NCBI GenBank assembly: GCA_964016885.1
Contig: OZ024741.1
Location: forward strand, 383,222,001 to 383,286,000
Direction: 5' to 3'
Source of the DNA: Eledone cirrhosa
Taxonomy: Eukaryota
Length of the DNA: 64,000 nt
Position numbers and translations under genes: made by a program. This document shows positions 1-12,375 of this stretch, piece after piece (within the stretch, counting starts at the first letter, position 1; each line of letters begins with the position of its first letter). The notes beneath the pieces are model-generated. The model was not told the origin of the DNA and did not search any database. It was given only the letters and a program-made list of their open reading frames with translations.

Positions 1-350
1 ACAGGTGGATAATGATCAAAACAAAGAAAGACTTGAGATACTTACTGATTCTTCTTCCTGAACCAAAATATTCTGGTTTCATCCTCCGAAAATATTGCTA
101 ACCACAGTTGTTATGGAAAATTGATTATTGGCAAACTATGAATACAACGTGTCATCAACAGGTAATTCTACAGATAGCAAAATATTCTGTTTTACAGAGT
201 GACCAGTGGTGCGACTGTTCCAGAATGAGTAAAGAGAGTAACCTCGGATGCACTTAGGTAAGCTTATGTATTTTTCATGTGACTGTAGGAGAAGACAGTA
301 TAAATTTGCTTGGAGCGTGAAGTGGAAAATATAGATTGAGTGATGGAAAA

Positions 351-475
351 TAATTGTTTCTACTTTTGGCACAAGGCCAGCAAATTATCAGTGTATTACT
401 GGTACTTTATTTTATCGACCCCGTAAGGATGAAAGGCAAAGTTAACCTGGGGGGGGGGGGGATTTGAACTCAGAA
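351..475 (-). mobile_element. SINE 3' fragment (octopus-type family)
   Basis: Contains ggtactttattttatcgaccccgtaaggatgaaaggcaaagttaacc...gatttgaactcagaa, which recurs more than 10 times in the window. Confidence 0.85.
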
Positions 476-615
476 TTGGAAAATAATGTAAAGAAGTAAT
501 AGAAGAAAGAAAGTGCAATAAAAGATAAACGGGGCATCGAACATAATGAATCTAGTGGCTCAAATGTTTAAAACATTGATAATTATATATTTATAATAAA
601 TAATTATCAAACAGA

Positions 616-668
<53 letters not shown>

Positions 669-1249
669 TGTGTGTGTGTGTGTGTGTGTGTGTCTGTGTG
701 TGTATGTGTGAGTGTATGTGTGTGTGTGCATCCGTATGTGTATGTAAGTGCCTGCCTGTGTGCGTAGGGTACAACTACGTTTTTCTTATCAGTTATTAAT
801 TCAAAAGAGCGAAATATTAAGAAAGACCTAATTTTTATATCTCTTCAAACATCAATCGTTTATATATACTATATTCCTATACGGTCGATTGCTTTATTTT
901 TTCTTGTTTTCTTTTGCTCGTTTCTTTCTTTTTTGTTATTTTTGTTTTGTAAAATTGTACACACTACGTTATAAATAAACAATAATCGCAAAACTTATCT
1001 TTTGTAATAGAAATGAAAATATTTTTGTATATTTTTGAAATAAAACTACCTCCTATTTATATGTTTAAAGATATTCAGCTATATAATGTAGGGTATACAT
1101 AAGTTTAATACAATCTCCTTTAAAAGACGAGAATCTTGCAATTGTGTTTCTTGTTTTCTTGTTAAATTTAAGTCTACTTATATTTCAAGGCAAAATGTAT
1201 TACAATATCAAGAGCAATATTAGTGTAAATTTTTTACCAAAATAAATCT

Positions 1250-1697
1250 TCAATTCGATATTCATACCAACCAATACTCATGAATCTTGGATAATGCGCA
1301 AAAGAATACGAACGGGGATCAAAGTGGCCGAAATGGGGTTGGTTCTATCGAACGGTGTTTGGAATAACATTACTCGACAGAGTGCGTAGCTTGGAAATCA
1401 GAGATTCGTTCCTGGTACAGCCGCAACTTCTCCGCATTAAGAGATCACGGTTCCGATACTACGGGCATGTGGTTAGTGTGTCACAGGAAAGAATTGCTGA
1501 ACAGATTTTATGGGCAAAAGTAACCTGTAGGAGAGCGGGGATAGACCCCGAGCAAGATTGTTGGATAACATCGATGATATAGTGGGATCAATTTAAAACG
1601 GTTGCTTCAGACAGAACCCGCTGGAGGGTGTATTTCATGACAGTGCTCCCACGTACCCTCTCAGGAATAGTGGACGAAGAAAAAGAAGAAGAAGATG
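1250..1697 (+). mobile_element. RTE-clade LINE 3' fragment with (GAA)n tail
   Basis: ORF 1355-1582 (LLDRVRSLEIR..RSRFRYYGHV..ERIAEQIL) resembles the post-RT region of RTE proteins. Ends in gaagaaaaagaagaagaag. Related fragment at 40155-40320. Confidence 0.7.
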
Positions 1698-1862
1698 TAT
1701 ACAGATGAATCTGTATATTTTGTTTTACCTTCATTTAACCGCGATTAAATGCAACATTGTAAACAATACCTGTTAACACTGATACTTTAACTGGTCTTTA
1801 TTAAAAACCAGAGTTAGTTTACAGTAAATTACATGTTATAAGAGTTGTTATTAAAGTGAATT

Positions 1863-3140
1863 TAGGCGGCGAATTGGAAGATTCGTTAGAATGTCGGTTA
1901 TAATGCTTTGCAGGGTTCATTCCAACTCTCTCTTCCATGAGTTCAAATACCATCGAGATCAACTTGGCTTATCATCCATTTAAGGGCGATAAAATGTACC
2001 AGTCTAATACTGGTTCCTTTTTCTCATTCTCTATCGTTTTCTGGAAGAAATCTGCTGTATTCAGACCTGGAGAGGAGATGGGATCCGTCAGGCTTAAAAA
2101 TGCCCTAGGATCGTCGTATGCCAATATGGCACCCCTCTGATTCTCTGGGGAGTTGCGGGTCCATACAGGTAAGAATAAAACTCAAATTAGTTTTATTATA
2201 TTATTTTGGGAAGGGCGGTGAATTGGCAGCATCGGTGGAGATTCAGGCACCATGGTTTGAAGCATAAAGTTGTGACCCTTTACGTTCTGAGTTCAAATCC
2301 TGCCGAGGTTAACTTTGCCTTTCATCCTTACGGGGTCGATAAAATAACGTACCCGTAATGCACTGGTTAATTGCTGGCCTTGTGCCAAAAGTAGAAACAA
2401 TTGTCAGTATCGCTGGACCATCGGACAAAATGATTTGTAGTATTTAGTTACAATTTTATATTTTATATTCTGATTGTAAATCTAGCTGAGGTCAACTTTG
2501 ATTTTCATTCTTCCGGTAGTGATAAGATAAAGTACCATGGAAGAACTGGGTTCGATATAATCGACTTTCCCTTTCCCTAAAATATTGCTGGCGTTCTGCC
2601 AATGCTAGAAGGATGACTATTACTTTGGGTAAGGTTGCTAGATTAGTAATATCTTGCAATATTTAGTTACGGCTTTCTACGTTCTGAGTTCAAATACCGT
2701 AGTGTTTCACATTGATTTCTAACCTACTGGTGTCTATGAAAAAAGTACTAGTGAAATATTGCGGTCAATATTATAGACACTTCACACAAGATGCTAGCCT
2801 TGTATCTGAATTAGAAATCAAGAGGGTCGGACACCATGCTTTGACGCATAGAGTTACGTCCCTTTATGATCTGAGTTCAAATCCCGCCGAGGTTAACTTT
2901 GCTTTCATCCTTACGGGGTCGATAAAATAAAGTACCAGTAATGCTCTGGGTAATTGCTGGCCTTGTGCCAAAAGTAGAAACAATTATATTAAACACTACA
3001 GATGTTGCATTAACAGAATCTTTAGAACGCCGGGCCCAATCATTTGTGGTACCTGGTCAGGCTCTTTGTTTTCTGTGTGGGTTCAAAATCTACCCTAGTC
3101 AACTTTCTCTTTCATCATTTAGGATCGAAAAAATGAAGTA
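1863..3140 (+). mobile_element. Cluster of about six SINE copies of varying divergence
   Basis: Repeated gagttcaaatc(c)..gaggttaactttgcctttcatcc..gtcgataaaataaagtacc units starting near 1863, 2212, 2405, 2630, 2820 and 3000. Confidence 0.8.
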
Positions 3141-4670
3141 GTCAATCATATTCAAATGTACCCCACAAGGAGCGAGTATGCCCACTCTCATGGTACGTAC
3201 CAACTTACGAAATAATATATTGATCGAAAATATTAGTTTAGAAAGAATTTCGTACTAGATATCTCAGAGAGGAGGGAATCAAATGTGTTAAGTAAAAATA
3301 ATGGTTTGGCATATTGATAGTTATGGAAGAGTTTCGAGAAATTTAAGTAATTTGAATCAATTGTTACTACGTGTAACATTTAGTTCATAGTGATACGAAG
3401 TTCGGTGAAAAAACATTTGTATTTTCTATTGATTCTCTGTATTGATTTTGTATATGACTACGTAGAACTCATTTTTTTTCTTTTTTCTCGCCAGCTTTTT
3501 CCAGTAGTTTTATCATTGATTATTTTATTTTTTTGTAGAATTTAAATTCTGAAATAACTGCTAGATTCTTTATTGTTGTTTAGTAACATTTCAACAGTAA
3601 ATGATCATCAGGCCACCTGAAATTCTTAGACAAATATACCACAGTTACAAAATATTTTCTGAATTTTAGATATATATTTGATCACTTCTTAGGGCATATA
3701 TTTGCTTAAAAACAGACTTCGTTTCAGCTTGGTTACTTGCTATATTCTTCTCATAAGAGTTTCACAGTGTAAACCAAAATTTAAGAGTCATACAGAACGA
3801 CAATATTTTTTATAATATATACTCAATATTATTTTATGCATTCATACTTTATTGAATATTGTCATTGTTAGATGTGTAACTAGGATTCTCAATATCTCTA
3901 ATACTTCCCTTGATCCACAGGCTAATCCACACGCCAGCTCAGTGTCGTTGAACTCGCACATTGTGCCGGGAACTCTGACTTGCGCTGGGGTAGAGAACAG
4001 AAAATTTTATTTTTCATTACAAACTGTTCACCCATCTAAACTTAATGCCCCACACATCTTTCTTTAGAATGCTGTGTCAAATAGACACTAAACATACTTC
4101 CTTTAACCTATATGACTAACTCGTTAATATGTACACGCTTACATACAAATCACAGTTAGATATTTAACACGTACACAATATAAACTTCAACATACATACA
4201 CACGTTAGAATGTAATCATACACTCACATATACAAATCCACACATCTCATGGATATACGAGCACACCGCCAGATACTTTACAAACACACAAATGAACGTC
4301 AACGCACGTGTAGAGTAAATACCTTCAAACAGATTCACTCACACATACAAGTCCAATACCACATGCCACAGGCATAACACACACTAACTTTGATACTTTA
4401 CTCAATATATCTTAAAAACATACATATTTAAACATACACTTACACTCACACATAATATCGACATTAATACACACACACTTCATTTTGAGTTCCAAAATTG
4501 TTACTAAGACTACTTCTTTGTTATTTTTTATTGACTATATTTTATTTTCTCTATCACCTCTGAGTCAAAAACAAAAACACACTTATTTACTTCTCTGTTT
4601 TCTTCATTGCCTTTTCCCTTAAAGCCTTTTGGAATATATTTACCCTCATTCCTTTGCTATACAACTATTA

Positions 4671-4741
4671 TGCAATATACACCTGATGATGTCACCAGGT
4701 TCATACGCAACCTGGCCACTGAAATGTGCATAGTATTTGCA
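4671..4741 (+). ncRNA. Type I hammerhead ribozyme in a PLE pLTR remnant (about 4560-4945)
   Basis: tgcaatatac-ac, CTGATGA (4683-89), stem II ccaggtt/aacctgg, GAAA (4721-24), tgtgca-TA, gtatttgca. Same family on the minus strand at 36290-36685. Confidence 0.7.
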
Positions 4742-4996
4742 GGAATAAATAATTAAGATAATTCAACCTGCCGAGCCTCCTGTAATTTTATTTAAACATA
4801 TTTAACTCTGTTCCCACAGCACCAGTAGGATTCAACATCAAAATGAATGTGTTGCGTAACGTTGTGTGTTTTCCGTCCATGACATCACGGTAGTCATTGC
4901 AGATTGGCCAATTCTACCCAGTGATAAACAAGCAAATTTAAACGTATATATATATATATATAAATGGAGGTGTTACATATGAGATACAATGTTCAA

Positions 4997-5062
4997 CCTG
5001 GTTACATATGTTTCCCAGTCAGCCGGCCCGTGATCTGGGTACTCTCACCAGTTTTCTTCGGT
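4997..5062 (-). ncRNA. Degenerate hammerhead-like motif
   Basis: Minus strand CCGAAGA...GAAA-catatg-TA with a palindromic stem III. Stem I is poor. Insert bounded by (TA)n. Confidence 0.35.
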
Positions 5063-5110
5063 ATACAATCGGTGAACATTGTGCACGTATATACATACAC
5101 CCCCACACAC

Positions 5111-5157
<47 letters not shown>

Positions 5158-5162
<5 letters not shown>

Positions 5163-5625
5163 ATGCTTTGGGAGGGTCATGTTGCCAATAAGAAACACAC
5201 GCACCAGTTGTTTTCACTCCAATTTATAAATTAAATTTATAACAGATAAAAAGAGAATCAGTGTTGCTACGAATGGAATTTATTGGACATATTAAATTCG
5301 TTTCTCTGGTGACCAGCTCGATGCATGATCGATGTGATGATCGAACCTAACTCTGAAAATCGCAAGGTCCTCAGATACGTCTTGATTCTTCGAAGCAGAT
5401 TTTCCTAGTCCGATTTTCCTCGCAGATATTCAGAGTCAGGTTCGATCATCGCATAGATCGTGCCTCGAACTGGTCACCAGAGAAACGATTATAATATGTC
5501 CAAAAAATTCCATTCGTCGCAACACTGATTCTCTTTTTTTCTGTGATATCTCGATGCTCTATGAGAGCATCGAGTGCTCAAACGGCCTACCGCATACGGA
5601 CGCTTTAAGCATCCAACACCAATTG
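5158..5625. mobile_element. PLE-derived fold-back insert between (TA)n tracts, with a minus-strand HHR motif at 5286-5381
   Basis: Inverted repeat 5240-5358/5428-5545. Minus strand gacgtat-CTGAGGA...GAAA-cgaatt-TA-atatgtc. The first 60 bp match 49588-49648 and resemble the 3' tail of the PLE at 19597. Related sequence at 11740-11935. Confidence 0.65.
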
Positions 5626-5644
5626 TATATATATATATATATAT

Positions 5645-5708
5645 TTTTATTAAAATAACAGATTAAAGTTTAAGAATCGCTGCTTTCACCCTTAACGGGA
5701 TCTTCTGA
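5645..5708 (-). mobile_element. About 65-bp extreme 3' tail of the Naiad-type PLE seen at 19430-19497
   Basis: Reverse complement matches tcagaagatcccgttaagggtgaaagcagcgatt...aaactttaatctgttatt. Flanked by (TA)n. Confidence 0.75.
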
Positions 5709-5729
5709 TATATATATATATATATATAT

Positions 5730-6460
5730 AATTGCAAGTTTGAAGAATTATTAGATAAAATATATCCAGTCTTACCTCACCCTAGTCCGCAGAAATTAAC
5801 TAGATAAATAATCATTTAAACGGAGCTATAAAATGTATCTGACTGCTCTTTCTAGCAGCCAGCCTACTTGCTACCTGGCCACCATTCACAACATTCTACT
5901 TTGACCACTAGCCACGTGATGATTCTTAGCAATTTTTGAATTCATTTCTGGCGGAATCATTATAGACATTTTAATCCAAACCTGATGGGGGTCTCTTGAT
6001 AAGCTCTAAGCCTCATGGATAATACCAAGATCGCACATATCCATAAAGTACGAGCGAAACTATCGATAGTCGAGACTAGAGGAATTTTGGTAAAGTTTAT
6101 ATGCTTTTTTTCTTCTAACTTATATTTTAGACTTAGCTCCGTTTAATTGATTATTTGTCTAGTTAATTTCTACGGGCTAAGAGAAAGGACTGGATAGATT
6201 TTATCTGACTGTTCCTCGCGGAAAATAGTCTGTATCATTTACCTACTATTTCTCCAAAGTTACGTTTTATACTTATAGCTGCGTTTAAATAATTATTTAT
6301 CTAGTTGCTTCTACGGACTAGGGTGAAGAAAGACTGAATATATTATATCTAATAATTCTTCAAACTTGCAATTTTATATATAGCTCTGATTAATAATTAT
6401 TTGCTTGATTAAATTTTTCATTTAGCCACACCGTGAAAGGTAGCCACAATCATATATGTA
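5730..6460. mobile_element. PLE pLTR fold-back remnant
   Basis: Inverted repeat 5730-5833/6273-6373, internal duplicate at 6133-6210, HHR in the spacer, (TA)n on both sides. Confidence 0.7.
5991..6076 (+). ncRNA. Type I hammerhead ribozyme, U3-A8 core variant
   Basis: gtctc-TTGATAA-gctc...gagc-GAAA-ctatcgatag-TC-gagac: stems I and II, palindromic stem III and a GUC site. Confidence 0.8.
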
Positions 6461-6508
6461 TCTGTGACTAAGTCTAAATATATGTCTATATATATACATA
6501 TATCCCTA

Positions 6509-6586
<78 letters not shown>

Positions 6587-6694
6587 AAGAATTCCAACTT
6601 TGTCTACTTTACTCGTTTTATTTACAATCCTTTAAAATTTATAATGGTATTAGAATGAAATAGTATGACAAAATATTAAATGTTAAGTGTTAAT

Positions 6695-6733
6695 TGAACA
6701 AGTACTTTCATGCTTTCGCAATCTTCAGGTTCA
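6695..6733 (-). ncRNA. Minimal type I hammerhead ribozyme
   Basis: Exact reverse complement of 6807-6845. Confidence 0.8.
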
Positions 6734-6806
6734 TAATATGTGGTGACAGTCAAGGTTGCAATTTTCAACAGTTGAAAATTGCAAACTTGACTGTCACCAC
6801 ATATTA

Positions 6807-6845
6807 TGAACCTGAAGATTGCGAAAGCATGAAAGTACTTGTTCA
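6807..6845 (+). ncRNA. Minimal type I hammerhead ribozyme
   Basis: tgaac-CTGAAGA-t-tgc-gaaa-gca-t-GAAA-gtac-TT-gttca. Confidence 0.8.
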
Positions 6846-6996
6846 ATTAACACTTAACATTTAATATTCTGTCATACTATTTCATTCTAATACCATTATA
6901 AATTTTAAAGGATTGTAAATAAAACGAGTAAATCAGACAAAGTTGGAATTCCTCTTATTAATATAATCTTCTATACACAATCATATACACCCGTGT

Positions 6997-7058
<62 letters not shown>

Positions 7059-7063
<5 letters not shown>

Positions 7064-7622
7064 TAATAAATGTTCGGTGAATCCATACGTACATATATAT
7101 ATGTGTGCACGTATGTATATATATATATATATATACATACTACTGTACGTCTGTATACATATATGTATGTACGTATACATACTTATATTTAAGTAAAAGC
7201 TGTACTAAGAGTGGGAAATGAAATTTCGTTTCATTTTTTCCGTTTATCGTTTTCGGTGCAGCCGACCGATTAACCCACTCGATATGCAAATTGGGCTACT
7301 CAGCCGTTAATATGCATAAGGAAAGTATATAGTTTCAGACGTTCAATCAACTGGCAGGAAGGTATACGTTGCTGACGATAGCTAATAAGCTTGAAACTAG
7401 TACAGCGTTCCTTTGTCAGTGTTGAACAAACGAGCAAAGATGGTTGCTAGACACTACGGCTTAATACGGGATGTTTGTTTACAAACACACCGAGCATTAT
7501 AATAAATGTTCGGTGAATCCATACGTACATATATATATATATGTGTGCATGTATGTATATATATATATACATACTACTGTACGTATGTATACATAAATGT
7601 ATGTACGTATACATACTTATAT
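7059..7622 (+). mobile_element. Retrozyme-like or non-autonomous PLE unit (436-bp period, partial tandem)
   Basis: Direct repeats 7059-7188 and 7495-7622 enclose one intact HHR. No coding capacity. Bounded by (CT)n and (TA)n. Confidence 0.65.
7366..7408 (+). ncRNA. Minimal type I hammerhead ribozyme
   Basis: acgttg-CTGACGA-t-agct-aata-agct-t-GAAA-ctag-TA-cagcgt, GUA site. Confidence 0.85.
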
Positions 7623-7644
7623 ATTTATATATATATATATATAT

Positions 7645-8061
7645 ATATTAGTAAAAGGAAAAGAAAATGCTGACAAATTTTTCCCTGTGAAAAATAGTTT
7701 AATTAGGAATAAGTATAAATTAGTAATAGGTATTGGTTAGTATTCAGTTTTAGTTTAAAATTTTTACCGGTTGCGCATTTCTAATCCTTTTCAAAAATAA
7801 TTTTGAGATAGAGCGCACGTGATGTTTGCTCTAATTTGATCAGTTTTGGAATTTCTTCCTGTTTTATGTGAAAAAAGTGGCTCCAGAGGTATTACGATTT
7901 GGTTGGTTGTTGAATGTCACGTAAAACTAAAACTAAAACTAAAACTGAATATTAACCAATACTTATTACTAATTAAACTATTTTTCACTGGGAAAAATTT
8001 GTCAGCATTTTTTTTTCCTTTTACTAATATATCACAACTCGTGTGTTACACCTCTATTTTT

Positions 8062-8062
<1 letters not shown>
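7645..8062. repeat. Fold-back insert between (TA)n tracts (probable PLE remnant)
   Basis: Inverted repeat about 7645-7758/7925-8030. Decayed CTGATCA...GAAAtgcgca on the minus strand in the spacer. Confidence 0.6.
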
Positions 8063-8121
<59 letters not shown>

Positions 8122-8124
<3 letters not shown>

Positions 8125-9009
8125 TTTTTAGCCTAAGAAAATATATATATGCCTATATATATAATTACATGCATACATTTATTTTCTTTAATTAATTGAG
8201 TTCTTTACACGAGAAATTAATATTAGTTTTGAAATAACTAATTAACCCGCGTGTGTTTTATATGTTACTCTTAATTCGGCCGGAGATTTACATTCCCATT
8301 TGCCCTTTAAAGCATAACTTTCTGTATTTACTGCGATTATGAGATGCGGTTCTTATTCGGGTACAACTTCTGATTTTAGCCGAAGAAAATATATATATGC
8401 GCGTGTAATTTATACACGCATATATTTATTTTTTTTATTTTCAATTGAGTTCTTAACACGTTGGATTGATAATGTTTTCGAGGAAACTAATTAACCCGCG
8501 TGTATATTATTTTTTTCCTCCTTTCGTGGATCGTAGTTGTCTCCCCTTCCCGCTTCGTGTCCCTATGATACTTCCTCAGTCAAAAACTGCTGGAATTTCA
8601 AATTTGGCGGTCATTCGAGGCGAGAAGGGGCAACTTAACAGAAACGATTTTTGACTGCGGTAAGAATATTTTCTTTCTTATATCAAAGTTTAATGGGCTT
8701 CCACTGATGATTTATAAGTGCCCACCTAAATATATTCTTACATGAATATATATTAGGCTTCTACATAAACTGGAAATATTCTCCCAACTTGTAGAAAACT
8801 TATAATGAAACAATTGTTTGGAAAGAGAGATATACCTTAACTTTAATTATATCTCATAAAATAATACCACTGGTTTTTCCACATTATACATATTGTTAGC
8901 ACCCCAAACACTTAAATTGGGTTTATATTTAAATATAACCTAATGTTTGTTGAGTGAGATGGTTACCAGTCAGAGTTTAGCTTTAAACTATCTCTGTTAT
9001 TGTATTAAA
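8122..9009 (+). mobile_element. ~890-bp non-coding repeat (PLE 3' region-like), copy 1
   Basis: Reverse complement of 12376-13274. Internal duplication about 8130-8260/8377-8505. CTGATGA (8704-10)...GAAA (8773-76) HHR-like motif. Confidence 0.7.
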
Positions 9010-9152
9010 TATATATATATACATATAGATATGACCAAATATTAGTATGGTTTGTTGATTACTCAACGAATACAATTTTACAATAGATTAGAAGCACTCA
9101 ACACTGGTTTTCCTGGAGTTTTTAATATTATCAAATGAAAAATATTCGCATA

Positions 9153-9225
9153 ATCCAAATATATACTTTATTATATATATTTCAAAAGTACTGTGTTGTT
9201 TAAGTACGTTTGCATCAGACAAAAT
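9153..9225 (-). ncRNA. Degenerate hammerhead motif
   Basis: Minus strand CTGATGC-aaacgtact/agtactttt-GAAA-tatata..tatata-TT. A9 is mutated and stem I is weak. Confidence 0.45.
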
Positions 9226-10094
9226 ATATGATTTGATATATGACATACCGCTACGGTCTTCTTATTCAATTCCAGTATTGGCAGTGATTTATTTCATCAA
9301 ATCTCAACTTTTGTATACCACAAATAATATGATGAACTTAAAGAAGAAAAGGACGTACAGCAAATTAGAGATATAAGAAGGTGTGGAAAGAAGAGGAAAG
9401 GGCAAGAAAGAAAGAAATACATACATAAATAAATAAATGATTAAAAAAATAAATGGATGAATGAATAAAAGAAGAAAAGTAATATATAAAAAGAAAAGAG
9501 GAATAAAGACAAACGAAAGGGAAGATGTGGGCAGAGTAACAGGAAACGAAGGGGGATAAAGAAAAAGAGAAGAAAAAGAAGAAAACACCAAATAGAGAGG
9601 AATATAAAAAAACAGTTGTTTTCAAATGCTAGATAAAACAAGAAATCAAATCTATTCACATAAACAATGAATATCGCTTGTATTTGATTATGTTTTATCT
9701 AATAATCTAGATTATTCAGTATAGATTACTTTCTATAGAAATCACATATTTAAGTTAATTATAAATTTATATAATTTAATTTAACTCATTATAGATTATT
9801 ATAAATTTTAATTTTAATGTAAGATATTCTATAAATATTTTGTTACAACTTTAAAAGAATTAATCTTTAAAACGTATTTAAATAATTATTAAATATGTAT
9901 TAAAATATAATACCATGCATATATCATCATCAATATATATAAATATATATATACAATACATCAATATATACATCAATACATATACATATATATATACATA
10001 TATATATAAAATATATTTATATATACACGTATATATAATATATATATATATATATACATGTATATATAATATATATATAATACATATATATAAC

Positions 10095-10126
<32 letters not shown>

Positions 10127-10157
10127 CATATACATATATATATATATATATATATAT

Positions 10158-11300
10158 TTGGGGAGGGTCACATTGTTATAATATTGCCACAAATAATCAT
10201 GAATCACACTTTGGTTTGGAGTGGTTTTCGCACCTGCATCTTTCATATCTCTATAGTTAATTTATCTGGCAATCAATGTTTGTCTTTGGTTGACCAACGG
10301 TTAAAAATACAGATATGAATATTTATATATACATTATCTATCAAAGTTCCTGCGTCACACATCTGTGACATCATCACTGTTACGATTATGTTTCATCCCG
10401 TTATATTGTAATATCTACGCCATTTTTATTTACTTAATTTATTTATTATTGTCTCTGTCTCTGTTTGCGCATGCGTTTGCGTGTGTGTTTCCTGTTTGGT
10501 GTGTGTATGTGTTCATGTCTGTCTCTATGTGTGTTTGTACTCTATCAGTGTTCACTAGTGTGTGTTTATGTGTGTTTGTTGATACTGTATTTATGTATAT
10601 TTATTTATATTTACATTAGATCAGTATTGTGTGTTTGGGTATGGTTGTTGTTATTTCATTATTTTTTTTTCAACTTTGGTTTTGTTAGTTCTGTTGAATC
10701 ATTTCTATGTTTAGATATTATTTTAATTTCTATGTTGTCTATATTACCATCGTGTTTTTTTCCAGGCGTGTTAATATGGTACCGAACCGTCTTTTTGTCC
10801 TTTTAGTTCCCCCCAGCATTGGTCTAATATCTTTCCTATTGTTCCAGCTGTCTCATCTATGTATGTCATATTTCTGCAATGAGCCTCTGTATATCTGATG
10901 CTATAGGCTACATTTCTAGTCTTACAATTTATTTGAGGTTTCATTCTACATATAACTCATTACTTATTCGTACAGTGCGTTTTCTTAAAGGGGAATGTTT
11001 AGCTGATCAGGGATTGTATGGTAGTTCCTGGATTTTACCTTTAAATGGGTCTTTCTTAGAGCCTTTCTAAATCAGTTAACTAATTTCCCTCCAGGGGTAG
11101 CGTCCACGAACATGATACTCTGGTATCTCTGGTTGTCATACTATGAAGTGGCTTTCCCGGTCTTATGTTTAGTTCTATCTAAGTTATTCCAAGATTTGCT
11201 CCTGCACAATGGGCAAATTACTTTCATGACAATTTCTATGAGGGGGCTTTTATTTCTCGATGGATCGTTTCTATACTCTAATTCTGTTTGTATATTAGCA
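10158..11300 (-). mobile_element. 5'-truncated decayed PLE (same family as 19597-21235)
   Basis: Colinear similarity to about 19605-20800, including the GIY-YIG region and SWNNLDRTKHKTGKATS. Confidence 0.8.
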
Positions 11301-11610
11301 TACTGGCTGATCAGTCTGCTATTCTGCAAATTAGGCCGATCAATCAAGGTCTATTTTTGAAAATAGCATATATTTTCACTAGCTCTGGCAGTTTGGCAGG
11401 TCAACAGTGATGAAGGTTGATACCCAGAAACATCAGTGTCTGCAGTTATGTTCGCATGCCAACATAAGAGCAAGAATGAAGTGTTCATTCTCCTGACATG
11501 GCTATAATATTGAGGGTTGTTTGCAAAATTACAAACCAATCGAATGTTATTATTAATATTCGAAAATCTCAGATTACATTTATTGTATTCAGCCATGTAG
11601 AGCGAAATTT
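11290..11610 (+). mobile_element. PLE pLTR remnant (family of 48072-48935) with a decayed HHR
   Basis: gtgatgaaggttgatacccagaaacatcagtgtctgcagtt aligns to the intact HHR at 48729-48777. Confidence 0.75.
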
Positions 11611-11611
11611 C

Positions 11612-11722
<111 letters not shown>

Positions 11723-11734
11723 TAATATAAAAAT

Positions 11735-12355
11735 ATGAAAAATCAGTGTGTGTGGCAATTGTTTCGCCGGCAGATAGCTCGAGACATGATCATTGTATGG
11801 ATCTGCCTGATTCTATAATGTGGGTTCTTCGGACACATGCAATGCTTTCGGAGCAAATTTTCTTACACTGCTCTGTAAGAACATAGAGTGCTCAACAGGC
11901 ATACCGCCTATGGAAGCACCATAGATACCAAAATTGAAATGTAAAAGCTGTCATGGGGTGTATTATATATGTCACCCCATGAAAGCTTTTACATGTCAAT
12001 TTTATACATCTGCCTCATGTCAGCTAGATTTACACGCTAAAGTCGTAGATATACTGTTTCTTAGCTAGATTGATGTTGTGATTATTTCAAATAATTTATT
12101 GCTAGTATTGTTAGTATTGTTGTTATTGTCCTGATTGAATGTCATTACTACTATATATAGTAGCCATGCCTGTATATCCCTTTTATTCTCACAAGGTCCA
12201 ATGAATTGACTGATTACAACTATGTATTGGTGATCGAATGACGTGAAAACAAGCAGGAAGCGATCTCTAGACCTACCAGTTCAGAGAAACAATTGTCAGC
12301 AATGAGATTAAAAAACTTTTTTGTATAGCAAACCGTGTCACTCTTCTTTCCTGAT
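11735..12355. mobile_element. Composite of PLE pLTR remnants joined by a hairpin
   Basis: Minus HHR-like tgtgt-CCGAAGA...GAAA-caattg-CC-acaca (about 11748-11838), hairpin 11930-12003, plus-strand half-HHR GAAA-caattg-TC-agc (12286-12300). Confidence 0.55.
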
Positions 12356-12375
12356 TTATATATATATATATATTT

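Larger units (their letters stand above)
6584..6957. repeat. Near-perfect ~370-bp palindrome (head-to-head PLE pLTRs)
   Basis: Arms 6584-6769/6771-6957, centre ttttcaac-a-gttgaaaa, one HHR per arm. Confidence 0.9.

Noticed and set aside
198-257. Possible 60-nt exon (ttttacag/gtaagc)
   Set aside because: Stops in all three frames and no recognisable protein. Could only be non-coding and needs RNA evidence
2065-2168. Possible exon ending cag/gtaaga
   Set aside because: All frames contain stops and it lies among SINEs
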